Position numbers and translations under genes: made by a program. Positions 12,315 through 24,280 of a stretch of DNA of 64,000 bases are shown piece by piece (the stretch's first letter is position 1; each line of letters starts with the position of its first letter). The notes below the pieces were generated by a model, which was not told the DNA's origin, made no database searches, and saw only the letters and a program-made list of their open reading frames with translations. Source of the stretch: Mobula hypostoma (lineage: Eukaryota); the NCBI RefSeq assembly GCF_963921235.1, contig NC_086097.1, positions 192,946,001-193,010,000 of the forward strand, given 5' to 3'.

Positions 12315-13478
12315 ATAGAAGGTTTACAACCCTCACCAAAACTTCAGCTGAGAATTGGAGGATAGTCTAGCAACAGTTTGAACTGTACTCATCGGCAATC
12401 AATTATGAAGAAAAATCGGAAAAAACCAAAGCTGCGCTTTTGCTCCATGTAATTGGGAATGATGCAGTAGAGGTATATAATAATTTTGTCTTTGAAGATG
12501 GAGATAATTTCAATTTAAAGTCGATAATGGGCAGATTTGAAGTATTTTGTATACCTAAGTGTAATTTAACGTGTGGAGCGATATTAATTCTTCACATGTG
12601 CACAGAGAGCTGCTGAAACAATTGATCAGTATGTTACTGAGTTAAGAAAGTGTAGTAGAACATGCAAGTTTGGATTACTCACGGACTCTCTCATTAAAGA
12701 TAGACTTGTTTGTGACATTCGAGATAAAGCTCTGAGAGAAAGGCTGTTGAGAGAGCAAGGTTTAAATTTTGAAAAAAGCTTTGGTGCTTTGAAAAGCTTC
12801 TGAGACCATGACATTGCAGGCTGAAGAGCTTTTTGTCGAAGACTGCAATGTAAATGCTGTAAAAAAGCGCGAATACATCAAGAAATATAATAATATGTTG
12901 ATGAAACCGACAGAGAGCAAGATGGCATTGGAAAGAAAAAAGTCATGTGATCGCTATGCGCAGGAACATCGTCCAAATCAGTGTCCTGCATATGGCAAAA
13001 TTTGCAATGGCTGCAGTAAGATTAATCATTTTTCACACTGTTGTAAAAGTAGAAAGAAGGAAAATAAAATGAAACAAGTAAATGCTGTGCTTGAAGATGA
13101 ACGTGAGGAATTTTATATAGATGTGCTTTGTGAAAATAAACAAAGTAAGAATGACTGGACTATTCCGTTGCAAGTGAACCAAAACAATAATCTGTTTAAA
13201 CTTGATACTGGAGCGCAAGTAAATGTTCTTGCAGAATCTGAGTTTAATGCTTTAAAGCCAAGACCAAAGTTACTTCAAGCAAATATAAAAGTGACTGGGT
13301 ATTCAGGTGCAGACATTCCAGTTAAAGGAACATGTGTGGCAAAGGTATTACACAAAAATATTGTGCATACACTTTCATTTGTGGTTGTGCCAAAAATGTA
13401 CAGTCTATTCTGGGTTTATCTGCCTGTGAAAGACTTAATTTGGTGAAAAGAATTTTTGTCCTGGATAGTGACGCAGAG
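12315..13478 (+). pseudogene. gag-protease of element A (frameshifted)
   Basis: Gag motifs QQFELY...AALLLHVIG...IDQYVTELRKCSRTCKFG...IKDRLVC and zinc knuckle CPAYGKICNGCSKINHFSHCC. Aspartic protease FKLDTGAQVNVL and SILGLSACERLNLV. One-base frameshift at the A-run near 13395. The probable start codon is mutated to ATA at 12315. Confidence 0.92.
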
Positions 13479-13742
13479 CTGAATGTTGCGTTACAGTCAG
13501 CAGAAGGTGATGTAACTCGACTGCAGGTCCAGCTCGTGGAGGCAAATACTGACATGGAGAATATAAAAGCAGTAGCTGCAGCGTCTGAGACGACCAAACA
13601 AGAGGCAATTGGTGATATGAAAAAGCAATGGCAGGAGATTGCTTCAATGCAAGCGATGATGAAAGAGACACTGAGAGAACATGAGATTCAGGTTCATCAC
13701 CGTCTAGAGCAAGAACGCTCACAGTGGGCACAGTATAAGGAA
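13479..13742 (+). pseudogene. RABEP1: Captured Rabaptin-5 N-terminal coiled-coil fragment (part 1)
   Basis: DMENIKAVAAASETTKQEAIGDMKKQWQE-IASMQAMMKETLREHEIQVHHRLEQERSQWAQYKE aligns with vertebrate RABEP1 as I recall it: EMENIKAIATVSENTKQEAIDEVKRQWREEVASLQAVMKETVRDYEHQFHLRLEQERTQWAQYRE. Confidence 0.9.
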
Positions 13743-13877
13743 GAAGTGAAAGCACAGGTGAAGGAATTGAAAAGTGTTATTGTAATGATGAAGTCGCAGC
13801 ATAAAAAAGAGACTACACAGTTAATGAATGAATTAGATGAAGAAAAGATTCGTATTTCATTACAAATGGAAGTGGAA
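13740..13877 (+). pseudogene. SH3KBP1: Captured CIN85 (SH3KBP1/CD2AP family) C-terminal coiled-coil fragment
   Basis: EEVKAQVKELKSVIVMMKSQHKKETTQLMNELDEEK-IRISLQMEVE aligns with the CIN85 C-terminus as I recall it: [47 protein letters not shown]. Confidence 0.85.
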
Positions 13878-13919
13878 TGTGAATTGGCTGATCTAAGGAA
13901 ACGTTTGTGTGAAGGACAA
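13875..13919 (+). pseudogene. RABEP1: Captured Rabaptin-5 fragment (part 2, continuing part 1)
   Basis: ECELADLRKRLCEGQ matches RABEP1 EREIADLRRRLSEGQ, which follows QWAQYRESA in the native protein. Confidence 0.8.
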
Positions 13920-14020
13920 GGAGACAAAATGAGGATACAAGATAAAAGGAACACATGGACACAGACATGGTCCAAACAGAGGAGGGAGTGGTGTTAAGAA
14001 AGAATCGCAAAGGATTTAAG
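13920..14020 (+). pseudogene. Remnant of the Gypsy integrase C-terminal tail
   Basis: GDKMRIQDKRNTWTQ, then after an apparent small deletion MVQTEEGVVLRKNR, fitting the GDxVRI...W...VxTxxGxxLRRNR tail of Gypsy integrases. Confidence 0.7.
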
Positions 14021-14094
14021 AAAGAGCCAACTTCAGAGTTTCAGTTACCTGACATAGATGCGTTTTGATTGACGTTGTCAATTGTTTTTCTTTT

Positions 14095-14108
14095 TAAGGA
14101 AAGGAAGA
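14095..14108 (+). promoter_or_regulatory. Polypurine tract of element A
   Basis: AAGGAAAGGAAGA directly precedes the TG of the 3' LTR and follows a T-run. Confidence 0.85.
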
Positions 14109-14306
14109 TGTGGTGATATCACGTGCAATGATGTGCCAGTACATGATGGGACAGAGCACTGAGCATGCGCAGGATTGCAGAATGTTCCAGCACGTGGCTG
14201 GGTTAAGACGTGTTTGTTTATCACTGTAAATAAAAGTTCTCTAATTCTTCCAGAATATGATTCTTTACTGTTAACCACGGTACGTTTAAACAGAAGTAAC
14301 ATAACA
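14109..14306 (+). repeat. 3' LTR of element A
   Basis: Direct repeat of 12022-12220 with about 11 substitutions and 1 indel (counted by eye). Confidence 0.95.
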
Positions 14307-14817
14307 GAGGAGGAGGAGGACAAGCCAGAAGGTGATAGGAGAAGCCAGGTGGGTGGGGGAGAAGGAATGAAGTGAGAAGCTGGGAGGTGACTACTAGAAA
14401 AGGCAAAGGGCTGAAGAAGAACAAATCTGATAGGAGAGAAGAGCGGATAATGGGAGAAAGAGAAGGAGGAGGAGCACTGGGGGAGGTGTCAAGCAGGTGA
14501 GGAGACGAGGTAAGAGCCCGGAGTGGGGAAATGAAGAAAGGGGAAAAAATACCAGAAGTTGGAGAAATCACTGTTCATGCCATCAGTTTTGAGGCTACCC
14601 AGACAGATTATGAGGCTGCAGAAGAGGAGGCCATGGACTGACATGTTGGAACAGGAATGGGCATAGGAATTGAAATTGTTGGCCACCAGGAAATTCCACT
14701 TTTTGCAGATAGAGCTGAGGTACTCAAAAACACAATCCCCCAATCTACATCAGGTACATGTCTATGTGGATCCATGGCCTTCTCTTCCGCCATGATGACC
14801 TCTTCCCCTTTCCTTTC

Positions 14818-14855
14818 TAGTCCTGATGAAGGGTCTCAGCCCAAAACTTCATCTG
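14818..14855 (+). ncRNA. Minimal type I hammerhead ribozyme motif (degenerate) in a Penelope terminus
   Basis: TAGTC-CTGATGA-A-GGGTCTCAGCCC-AAAAC-TTC: CUGAUGA core and helix II present, GAAA box mutated to AAAA. Confidence 0.6.
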
Positions 14856-16724
14856 TTTATTCACTTCCATAGATGCTGCCTGCCCTGCTGAGTTCCTCCC
14901 ACATTTTGTGTGTGTATGTTGCTCTGGATTTCCAGCATCTGCAGGATCTCTTGTGTTGACTGCTATTTCCCTCGGGTAATTGCACTGTGCCTTTAATTCA
15001 CTCGCCTTGTCCTAGGTGGATAAAAGTCACTGAATCCAACATTCTTCCAAATTGATTTTAAATAAATCAATATGTTATATCAGCAGGTTTTTAAAATGTT
15101 AGTGTTGTTACCATAGAATTTACATACAGAATGGCTTTCAAAAAAGGCATTTTCGTATCAAGACAATTCAATGGCTGAAGAATGAGAAGACTGTTGATTC
15201 AGAGGAGGGACTGCAGTACCTAAACCAGAGAGCTTTCAGGCCAGGAGGTCAGATGCGAATTTCTTCTGAAGACAACGAGAAGGAAGACTGCAGACAGACA
15301 ATAAGTTACAGCATCTGTTAGCACCATAACCAGTAACATCAGTAACTATATATATATATAAAAGATACAAGTACTGCAGTGGGCCAGGAAGGCAGTCTCA
15401 CTACCTTACAGAACAATTTGGGATGGTCAATAAAGGCTGATGCCACAGTAAAGCCCCCCAAGCCACAAGCAATAATAATTAAATAAATAAGAACGCCTAT
15501 CCCAGTAGTGATACAGTTCTATTGATGGCACTTTTAGTTACTCACATTCTCAGTGTTCTTGTGCTCTCAGCACAAGCCATGAAAGCTTATTAAAAACAAA
15601 TACCCTTGTACATGTGCTTTGTTTCTGATCTTCCTTGTATACATCACTGCCTTTACACAGTGTTCCAATGGATGCTTACTCGGAGGACTAGAGGTAGTAG
15701 CTTGTTATGAAGAGCAACACAGCAGCTCTTGCACTCATTGGATCAGAGACCAGAGTTGGAGTGATAGAGGAAGGACCTCAGATACTCATATCCTGTGAGA
15801 CGAAGCACATTTACAATCAGCAGAGTTGTTGACGTTATTGTGCAGGAGATCAAGAGCAACTCCTGCTTGTAGCCAGACTTCTGGTGTGCTGTGACATTCT
15901 CAAATAGTCAAATCCCAGCATCCCAGGTGTCCGATCTTAAATATCAAATATCAAAGTTTTCTGTGCAGTGCCTCTGTATTGGATGGCCGATGCTGTTGGG
16001 GAAACTCTCTTTAGCCACAAGAAACTGCACCAACATTAGCTCTATGGAGTTTGCCTGGGAAACAGTTACCACTTCCAAGCTGCAGAAGATGATCTTCCGA
16101 CTCCTCGTAAAGTGAGATTGCAGCAAGGACCTCCTGTGCTCTTAGGCATTTCTGGCAGGACGTCCAACAAGCTAGCCATGTACAACTTCACCAGTCATCG
16201 ACAAGAGCCTGCTGCTCTGTTAATATAAGTTTACTGCACAAAGACTCAGATGAGGTCTGGCATGAAGCCTTGCCTTCTGGGGAGCAGGTACGGTATATGA
16301 TACGCCCCTGCCGTTAGGTCAATGTGCAGACCAGTTATCCTTAGGTAATTTGATATATTCAGATCCTGTCTCTAAATTACTCCCCAATGCGTCATGATAC
16401 TGGATCTTAGCTGGGCATAGTGATTGTCGTATAAAGTGATACAGGATCTTCTTCTTACTCTAAGTACAAAATACCCTTCCCTGAAGAATACAAATAGCAA
16501 AAGTCTGTGGTCATGGTGACAGCATGGAGGCAGGGCATACATAAACCATCAGAATCTTACATGGATAGTGCAGGACAACAGTGAGTTCGAATGCAGTAAG
16601 CAACAGTAGAATAAAGAATACTCTCACATTCAGTGATGTCCAATTGACTCTCCTGTCCCATCCTTCGCCAAGCCTTTGCACTTATATGAGTCTCATTTTA
16701 CCATGTGCCAATGCGAACAAGATC

Positions 16725-17765
16725 ACAGGTGAAAGCAGAAGCTGATGGATATGCTCAGTTCATCAGCAATGTCTGTGGTAAAAGAGAAAAAAAATTACAT
16801 TTCCGGTCTGAGACCTTCATCAGAATTGAGCAAAAGAAATTTTTTAAAAATTTAAGTGATGGAGAAGGTAGTGGGAAGGGTAGTTGGACAGAGGGGCATA
16901 TCTATGATAGGGTGAAGAGAGGTTGAATGGATAATGTCTGGAGAGATGGTGATTATGCTTCTATGTCAGTGTTGTTAATGCCCAGCACACCAGGCAGCAG
17001 TAACAGAGAAAGAAAAACTGATGACTGGCAGAAATAGTCAATTCTGTTCTTATGGGATGAGTGAGTTACCTAAAGTTAAAGTATTTAATATCGAATCCTA
17101 GCGGCTGCAATCCGTCCAAGCAGAAGATGAGTTTTTTTGCCTCAAGCATATGTTGGGTTCTTTTGTAGGAAGGCAACAGGTTGAGAGCTTGAGGGATGGA
17201 GAATCAAAGTGTCAGGCAAGAAAAAGCTTCAGGTCAGTCCTGCCAGTTGAACACAAGGGCTCCTCAAAGTAATGGCCCCAAACTGTACTTGATTAGAGGA
17301 GACTAACAAAGTACACTAAACTGGAAAATGTGGGTGTGCTGCTTCACCCAGATAAAGTGATTGAGCCATTGGATAGTGGAAAAGGAAAAGAGAAAAGGCC
17401 AGGTGTTACAATTCTTACACCTGTATTAGGTCGAGCATATTTGCTAGGGACAAAAGAAGGGATCAAGGAATCATGAAAGAAGATATCCCTTTGAAATTCG
17501 TAAAAGGAAGGGAAGAGGAATATGATTCTAGTAGTGGAATTCTTAAGGAGTTGGTGGTAATTTTAAAAGGATTTCTAGTCTCATATTATTACAGACATTT
17601 ATTTTGCCCATTCCATCCACTTCACCTTCTCTGGAGTTTAAAATTACCTTTCTTATCTGTCTTTCCCAGTCCTGACAAAGGACTTGAACCTGAATTGCTA
17701 ACCTAGAAATTCTTTCCACAGACACTGCCTGACCTGCTGAATGTTTACGGCATTCTCTGTTTCTA
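16725..17765. mobile_element. Older Penelope-derived element with inverted termini
   Basis: GAGACCTTCATCAGAATTG at about 16810 and the inverse CAGTCCTGACAAAGG...CTGCCTGACCTGCTGA at 17668-17745; body resembles 14307-14750. Confidence 0.6.
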
Positions 17766-19064
17766 TCAGGTCCTTCCCAGTTTATGGTGCCTGACTTATG
17801 GACGCTGTCTACATATGAACAGCATTTATCAGCGTATGATCAGTAATGGATGGATGCCGGTGGTTTTGCCAGCTGCTGGTATCCTCTGCCAGGTGTGAAT
17901 GAGACAATGTTGTGTGTCTTCTCTCCCCAGCCCACCAAGTTGCAAGAGTCTGGGACTGGGCAGACACTGAGCAGACTCAATTACTCTCTCACTGAGTCAG
18001 AGAAGTGTTCTGGCAGCTGCTCTCCCATCCCAAGCTGTTTAAAGTTGTTTCTGTAATCCTCTCCCATGACCTTCTTTTGTTCATTTCTGATTTATGAACA
18101 CTTCTCAGCAATGGAACCTTGTCACAAACTGAGGACAGTCTGTATTTTCAAGATCACAACTAGTTCCTCTACGTGCCTAATCTTTACATGAAGCATACAC
18201 ACAAAGAGCTTCTGCATTTCAGTTTTAGCACACACTTTCATGCACAACTGAATTTCTACCCTGTGCATCATAACTGATACTTTCATTCACTGGTATTTGA
18301 AAGCAAATGTATCATTCAACCACAGAAATATGTTCAGAGTTCTGGCTGAAGATTAGGTTTGTTTAGAAGTGTCAATCATTGATTCAAAGGTTGAATGAAC
18401 ATTTTGTGGTAATTATAACCTTGACAAAGCATATTGAATCATCTTCTCATCATGTATTTTTTTGTTTATTTGAGGTACAATTATTTTCCATTAGTTAAGA
18501 AGATAAGTAGTGAATGAAGTCCATCTTGATGGAACTCATGAACTGTATGTAGCACAGCAAAGATTGCTGAGTCTGCGCACATTGATAATGTTGCTAAGTG
18601 AGGTAATAGTGCCAGTGTTTGATGTCTGTTGAACAATGAAATTTATCTTAAGGTAAAGGAAAAATTCATATTCATATTTCTTCAAAATTGCTATTTAGTT
18701 TAGATTAGCTTTCTCAGCTGGAAATATATGATACATCTTGAATTAGTATTCATTGCATCCTTGGTGTTCTGGTGGTTAAATATAGTATTGATAAGTGTTC
18801 ATAACAACTAAAGTCAGATTTTGCTTTAGCCAAAGTGCTGCTGATAATAGATTCAAACAACAGATTCACAAAAACATTCCATCCATGCCCTAACTGTGCA
18901 ATATGCATTCAGAATGACATTGTACATAGCCAGGATAAATCTCTCTGGTCCTCTCTGGATTGTATTTAAATGCCTATAAAATTTGGAGGAGAATTGTAGA
19001 GTTTTGCTCCCAAGAATGTTTGTTTTTCTTTCTCACTTTTATGGCTTCTAGAAGGTTCGTCAAA

Positions 19065-19520
19065 GCAAAAATATGCAGATACTGTAAATCTGAAGCAAAG
19101 ACAGAGCAATCTAAAAACACTTAATAATCAACAGCATCAGAGGAGAAAGGAACAGAGTTGACATTTTGAGTCAAGGATCCTTCACTAGAACTGGAAAAGT
19201 AGGAAGCAAAGTGTGTTTTAGGTATTAAGGAGGAGGAGATGAAGAGAGCAGAAGAACATCTGTGATAAGGGTGCAGACTGAAGTTCTCATAATAACAAAT
19301 ACTTTAGAAAATCGGCAATTGGAATGCATCATGTAGAAACGAACCAAGACAACCTGGTATTAGGCATGTGAGGACTGATAATATGTAAATCATAGCTGTT
19401 AGAATCTGCCTGGATAGTCTATTCCTGTCCCTCAATTTTGCATGTTCTTAGTGAAACGTCATGATCTCCAAATTCTCAGGTCAAAATCCTTAAACTATAT
19501 ACCACAGGCTGCTATGTAGC
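19065..19520. mobile_element. Highly decayed Penelope-derived element
   Basis: TGCAGATACTGTAAATCTGAAGCAAAGACAG...GTTGACATTTTGAGTCAAGGATCCTTCACTAGAACTGG matches the shared terminus. Confidence 0.45.
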
Positions 19521-19737
19521 AATTTCTTAAGAAGACCCAGTGTCAACCTCATAAGGACAACTAGGCATGTGCTGTAAATGCTGGTGTTAATAGAATTCAT
19601 ATTTTTACGATGATGCTTCTAAAATATATATACTATGGGCTGAATTGCCCTCAATCTACTGAGCCGTCAGCACCTGCCCTTACCTCGCCCCTCTGTCTTT
19701 GCCAGCCCCATAATTATCATTTTTAACCTGCAGCTCC

Positions 19738-20724
19738 TTTCTTTCTTTTCAAATCTTTTTATTGCTATTTACAGGAAAAATAACATGAGTACATCGAAGT
19801 AACAACACTTACAATGCCTCAAAAAAATATTATCTTAAAGATTGAAAAAAAAATTTTGTGATAACAAAAAAACTACTAAGCAGAAAAGAGAGGAAAAAAA
19901 AGAACCCATTAGGTGTACAACCCCGGAGTCATGCGTCATACAAAAAGCTTCAAAAAGTAAACATCAAACCGCCAACAAGAAAAGAAGATATACTAAAAAA
20001 ATTTACAATTAGATCGTGGAAAAATTATATCAATTAACTCAAATGATAATAACGAGCAAATGAGCCCCATCTTTTCTCAAAATCAAATAAAGGTTCAAAG
20101 GTTCGACTTCTAATTTTCTCCAAACTAAGACATAGCATCACTTGAGAGAACCATTGTGACAAAGTGGGAGCTGATCTATCCTTCCACTTCAACAAAATGG
20201 CCCTCATAGCTATCAATGTAACAAATGCAATAACATGTTGGTCAGACACAGAAATACCATGAATATTTTGAGGAACTATTCCAAAGAGAACAGTTAATTT
20301 ATTAGGTTGTTAATTAATTTTAAGTGCTTTAGAAATTGTTGAGAAAACCGACTTCCAGAACTGTTCCAGTATAGCACAAGACCAAACCATATGTGTCAGT
20401 GTAGCTATCTCAGTTTTACATCTATCACAATGACTATCAACATTAGGAAAGATTTTAGAAAATCTCTCTTTTGTCAAATGATAATGATGTACAATTTTAA
20501 ATTGAATCAATCAATGGCTAGCACAAATTGAAGAAGAGTTAACCAACTTCAATATCCGCATCCAATCCTCCGTCATAAAAGTCAAATTAAGTTCCTTTTC
20601 CTAATCCTGTTTAATCTTAGATAAAAGACACTTATCCCATTGTAATAATAAATTATAAATTCTTCCAATAGAACCCTTAATCAAAGGATTCATACTCATA
20701 ATAGTATCTAACAGGTCAGCCTCC
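19738..20724 (-). mobile_element. 5'-truncated L1-clade LINE with a perfect TSD
   Basis: 13-bp TSD AACCTGCAGCTCC at 19725-19737 and 20725-20737. ORF2 C-terminus IQFKIVHH...CDRCKTEIATLTHMVWSC and AILLKWK...LEKIR. T-rich tail on the plus strand at 19738-19765. Confidence 0.92.
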
Positions 20725-21232
20725 AACCTGCAGCTCCAAACAACTTGGAGTTCTTGGTTCTGGACCCAGCTCATGCAGTAGTTGAAATTGATTTAAATTA
20801 TTAAATATTTTTGTTAAATTGTGAAGTAGAACTTAATCCTAAAAATTAAAAAAGAAATTTTTGTTAGTTAAATATGTAGAAACCTGAATATCTAGTTAAA
20901 AAAGGGAAAATAAATAGCATATCTAGAGGTTTTAAAGGAGAGCATATCATTCATATGAATGGGGCAACACAAGATACACTTGGCCGATGTAAAGCTGGGG
21001 GCCACATAGGAAGCGTCTGATCCCTTGAGGCAACCACTTTCAGGGCAGTTGCAATCAGGGATGAAGTGAGACATCAAGTGTGCCCACATTTGGCCTTCAA
21101 CATGCTGCTGTATCTGGTTCCAGACGTGTGGAATGAGCAGCCAAATGTAGTTCAGTTGTTTGACATTTCCATGGAAATATCAGCTGACCATCAACACATT
21201 TATTATCAGTAAATATGATTTAGGTTAATGAA

Positions 21233-21535
21233 TAAACTCTTCTCGGGCTTCCAGCTGGATACAAGTATTGATTATAATCAATGTTTAGATAAAAAAAAAC
21301 TCTGCCATCTTCTTCAGGGATGATGCCCGGGCATGTGTAGTCTGGTGGTATTTATAACCCCTGTACTCCATCCCTCCTCATTGATTAGTCCTCAGCCAAT
21401 CAGGTTTGCACTCTCCCACTTTGTTTACAATCAAATTCCAGTTCATACTTAGAGTGAGTACTTTATCTTTGTTGAAATTCTTGACACTAGTTTTATTTCA
21501 CTAGCTTCCTTTACCACACGTTCCCAAAAGCCATA
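21233..21535 (-). mobile_element. Penelope-like element 3' end (GIY-YIG C-terminus plus terminal repeat); a second family
   Basis: The minus strand encodes GFWERVVKEASEIKL..NFNKD...LSMNWNLIVNKV, typical of a Penelope endonuclease C-terminus. It is followed by TATAAATA and a CTGAAGA hammerhead-like core at about 21276-21322. Confidence 0.7.
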
Positions 21536-22779
21536 GGGACATTCAACATTTCTAATTAATCCCTTTATTATGATTTTTCCAGCCTTTTTACTGGCTACAT
21601 TCTGATCTGAATTAAACAAGTTAGATGGATTGGTAAAAGTGTAATATGTGATGATTATTTTGAAAAGAGTTATCTCATTGCCATTGATTGTGATCCTTGT
21701 ATGGTTAAATCACAACCTCGGAAGAAATGAAGAACTGTATGATTCTTTCATTTCTACTGATAAATCTGTAGGTTTCAATTTGATTATGATTGTGTAAGGT
21801 AGTCATTGCGATATTGTACATACTTCCTGGATTTATTGTTCTAGTCAATTAACTGAGCAAAACATTAATCAGCCATTATATTTAATAGTAGTTGTTTATC
21901 ACAGATGGTAACAAGTCTGAGATTGTATGGCAGATTATGCCTCACACCAAAAACTGCAATTTCCAAACAAATGTGTATAACTATGCTGACACTGGCAGCC
22001 CACACTTGATAGTAGAAAATACTCTGTAGTATAGTTTTAATAGTTTGATTCTAGAATCTATTTGTTCACAGAAATTTTCCACAAATAGCAAAGTGGTAAC
22101 GGACGGTCTCAGCAATGATTCTTGAGGAATAAACATTGACCAGAACATTGAAGATAATCAGAATCAGAATCTCCTTCTCTTTGAAATTATACCATCAGAT
22201 CTTTTAAATCTTCTTGACATAATAGGTCATATATAAGATTATATTTGTATGATGGAATAACTGAAAATGCTAGCCAGAACGAAACTACTCTCTCTTGACT
22301 CATAAGCAAGAGTGCTCTCTCGAGAGCCTCAGGTCCAATAACTAGAAGAGTGTACAGTTACTCACCAGATGCACCCCTTCTTATATACATTTTCTGCTCA
22401 CTGTTATGCTTCTGAAGAAAAAGAATATCAGGCAAATATGAAACCGAATAGAAAATTGGTATTGGTCATTTGCTGCTGCATCCTAAACCCAATTATATCA
22501 CCACAGATATATCCTGGCATAGAATTTGAAAGGTGTTGGCTTCTCTCCAAAGACTCTCAAGAAGCATGTATCAGTATAAGGTTAAACAGTAAGGGTTGGA
22601 GTGCTATTTCATTAAGTAAGAAAGAGTTTGCAGTTAAGTATTGGCTTTTGTAACCTCAGGATATCCCAAAGCATTTTTCAGCAAAAAGGTACTTCTGAAT
22701 TATAACCATGCTAAGGAAGTAGAACAGCCAGGTTACTTAGAGAAAGATTTTTTTTTACTCAGCAAAAGACTTAATTACC

Positions 22780-23330
22780 TATAAGGATACAGTAGGCCAT
22801 TCAGCCCTGTGAATCTCTGGAATCTCCCAGTAGTGTAATCCTAGTTCCTCTCCTTATTTCCTTGCACTCTGAAACTTATTATGTCTCACACATGCCAATG
22901 AACTATCTTCTGATTCTCTTGCCACATGTCTACACTAAGCAATAATTTACAGTACCCATAAACACAAGATATTCTGTAGATGCTGGAAATCCAGAGAGAC
23001 ACAAAACGCTGGAGGAACTCAGCAGGTCAGCCAGCATCTATGGAAGGGAACAAACTGTTGATATTTTGAGCCAAGACCCCTCATCAGATTGGGTCTTGAT
23101 CTGAAGCATCACTGTTTATTCCCCTCCATATATCAAACCTGAGTTCCTGCAGGATTCTGTGTATTTACAGTAGTCAGTTAAGCTATTGCCACACTTTGCT
23201 ATGTGAGAGGAAATCAGAGTACTTGTGGAACTCAATGCACACACAGGGAGAACACCCAAATTCCCTATCGACATCACCCAAGGTCAAGGTCAAACCCAGA
23301 TCTCTGGACACAACAATGCTAACTGCCTTA
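22780..23330 (-). mobile_element. tRNA-derived V-type SINE (HE1-like), interrupted by a mini Penelope-derived element
   Basis: CACACAGGGAGAACACCCAAATTCC V-domain-like sequence, a B-box-like GGTCAAACCC on the plus strand and a CR1-like tail near 22790. Confidence 0.6.
22955..23162. mobile_element. Mini Penelope-derived fold-back element
   Basis: Two inverted termini joined directly and flanked by the 10-bp direct repeat ATTTACAGTA (22945-22954, 23163-23172). Confidence 0.75.
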
Positions 23331-23654
23331 CCTGCATGCATTGAACTCATTCTATTCTTCACTGGTACTCCAATACACATACTTCAGGACAAGAAATCAC
23401 AGACATTATGTCAGAAGTGTTTTAGCCTTTTCCACCTCATCCTAAACTGTTGAGCTTTTCAGTGTTCTCTCCCAGGTGGAATCAACCAATTGCATATAGT
23501 CCAAGTATAAAACAAAGCCCTTCCTGCTCTCTATAGCTCACAGTCCTATATTTATCAACTGCACCAATTCCAGTCTATTTCTTTTATTGGAGATAGTGCC
23601 AATGGTCCTGTCTACATCAATAGTCCAAGTTCCTCAGAGTCCAGCCGCATAGAC

Positions 23655-24280
23655 TACATGACCGACAGAGTTCATCATCTCCTCTACTTCCTCAGGGACT
23701 AAGGAAGTTTGGCATGTTCCTGTAGACCCTTACCAATTTTTATCAATGCACCATAGAAAGCATCCCATCTGGTATGGCAAATGCTCTGCATGTGTCCACA
23801 AGAAACTGCAGTGAATTGTCGGCTCAGCTCAACACATCGCTGAAACCAACCTCCCCTCAATGGACTCTGTCTATACTTCTCAGTGCCTCAGTAAAGCAGC
23901 CAGCATAATCATACCTCATCCACACCACACCACACCAGACATTCTCTCTTCTCCCCTCTTCCACTGAGCAGAAGATATAAAACTTTGAAAGCACTCACCA
24001 TCGGATGCAAAGACAGCTCCTACCCTGTGTTATAGGACTGTTGAATGGGTCCCTAGCAAAGTAAGGTAGACTCTTGACCTCACAATCTAGCTTATTATGC
24101 TATTGTATTTTACTGTTTATCTGCACTGTCCTTTCTCTGCATTCTGTTTTTGTTTTACCTTGTTCTACCTTAAAGCATTGTGTAATGACATGATCTGCAC
24201 AAGCAGTGCTCAGGACAAGCCTTTTACTGTTCCTCAGTTCATGTGACAATAGTAAACCAGTTCAGTTCAATTCAATTCAA
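23655..24280 (+). mobile_element. Rex1/Babar-like LINE 3' fragment
   Basis: LYFL..LRKFG...TLTNFYQCTIESI motif; (TTCAA)n tail at 24260-24280. Confidence 0.75.

Larger units (their letters stand above)
12022..14306 (+). mobile_element. Element A: non-autonomous Gypsy (Mag-like) LTR retrotransposon, gag-pro plus captured host cargo, lacking RT, RNaseH and integrase core
   Basis: Two TG...CA LTRs of 199 and 198 bp, PBS, PPT, gag with a double zinc-knuckle region and protease LDTGA. Possible 5-bp TSD GAAGA/GAGGA (one mismatch). Confidence 0.95.
11872..14958. mobile_element. Penelope-derived non-autonomous element with inverted termini; host site of LTR element A
   Basis: The left end CAACACACACAAAATGCTGG...GAGACCCTTCATCAGGACTG is the inverse of the right end AGTCCTGATGAAGGGTCTC...CATTTTGTGTGTGT (14818-14958). 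The purine-rich body is split at 12021/14307. Confidence 0.75.

Noticed and set aside
13332..13997. Independent 221-aa gene starting at 13332
   Set aside because: The first ~21 residues are an out-of-frame reading of the protease. The ORF is the continuation of gag-pro after a one-base frameshift near 13395.
15690..16290. Coding-looking, less AT-rich stretch ending in CAG/GTACGG
   Set aside because: There is no long open frame and no recognisable protein or repeat motif.
22366..22411. Possible 46-nt minus-strand exon (good AG and GTGAGT sites; KHNSEQKMYIRRGAS)
   Set aside because: The peptide is unrecognised and such site pairs are expected by chance in 64 kb.
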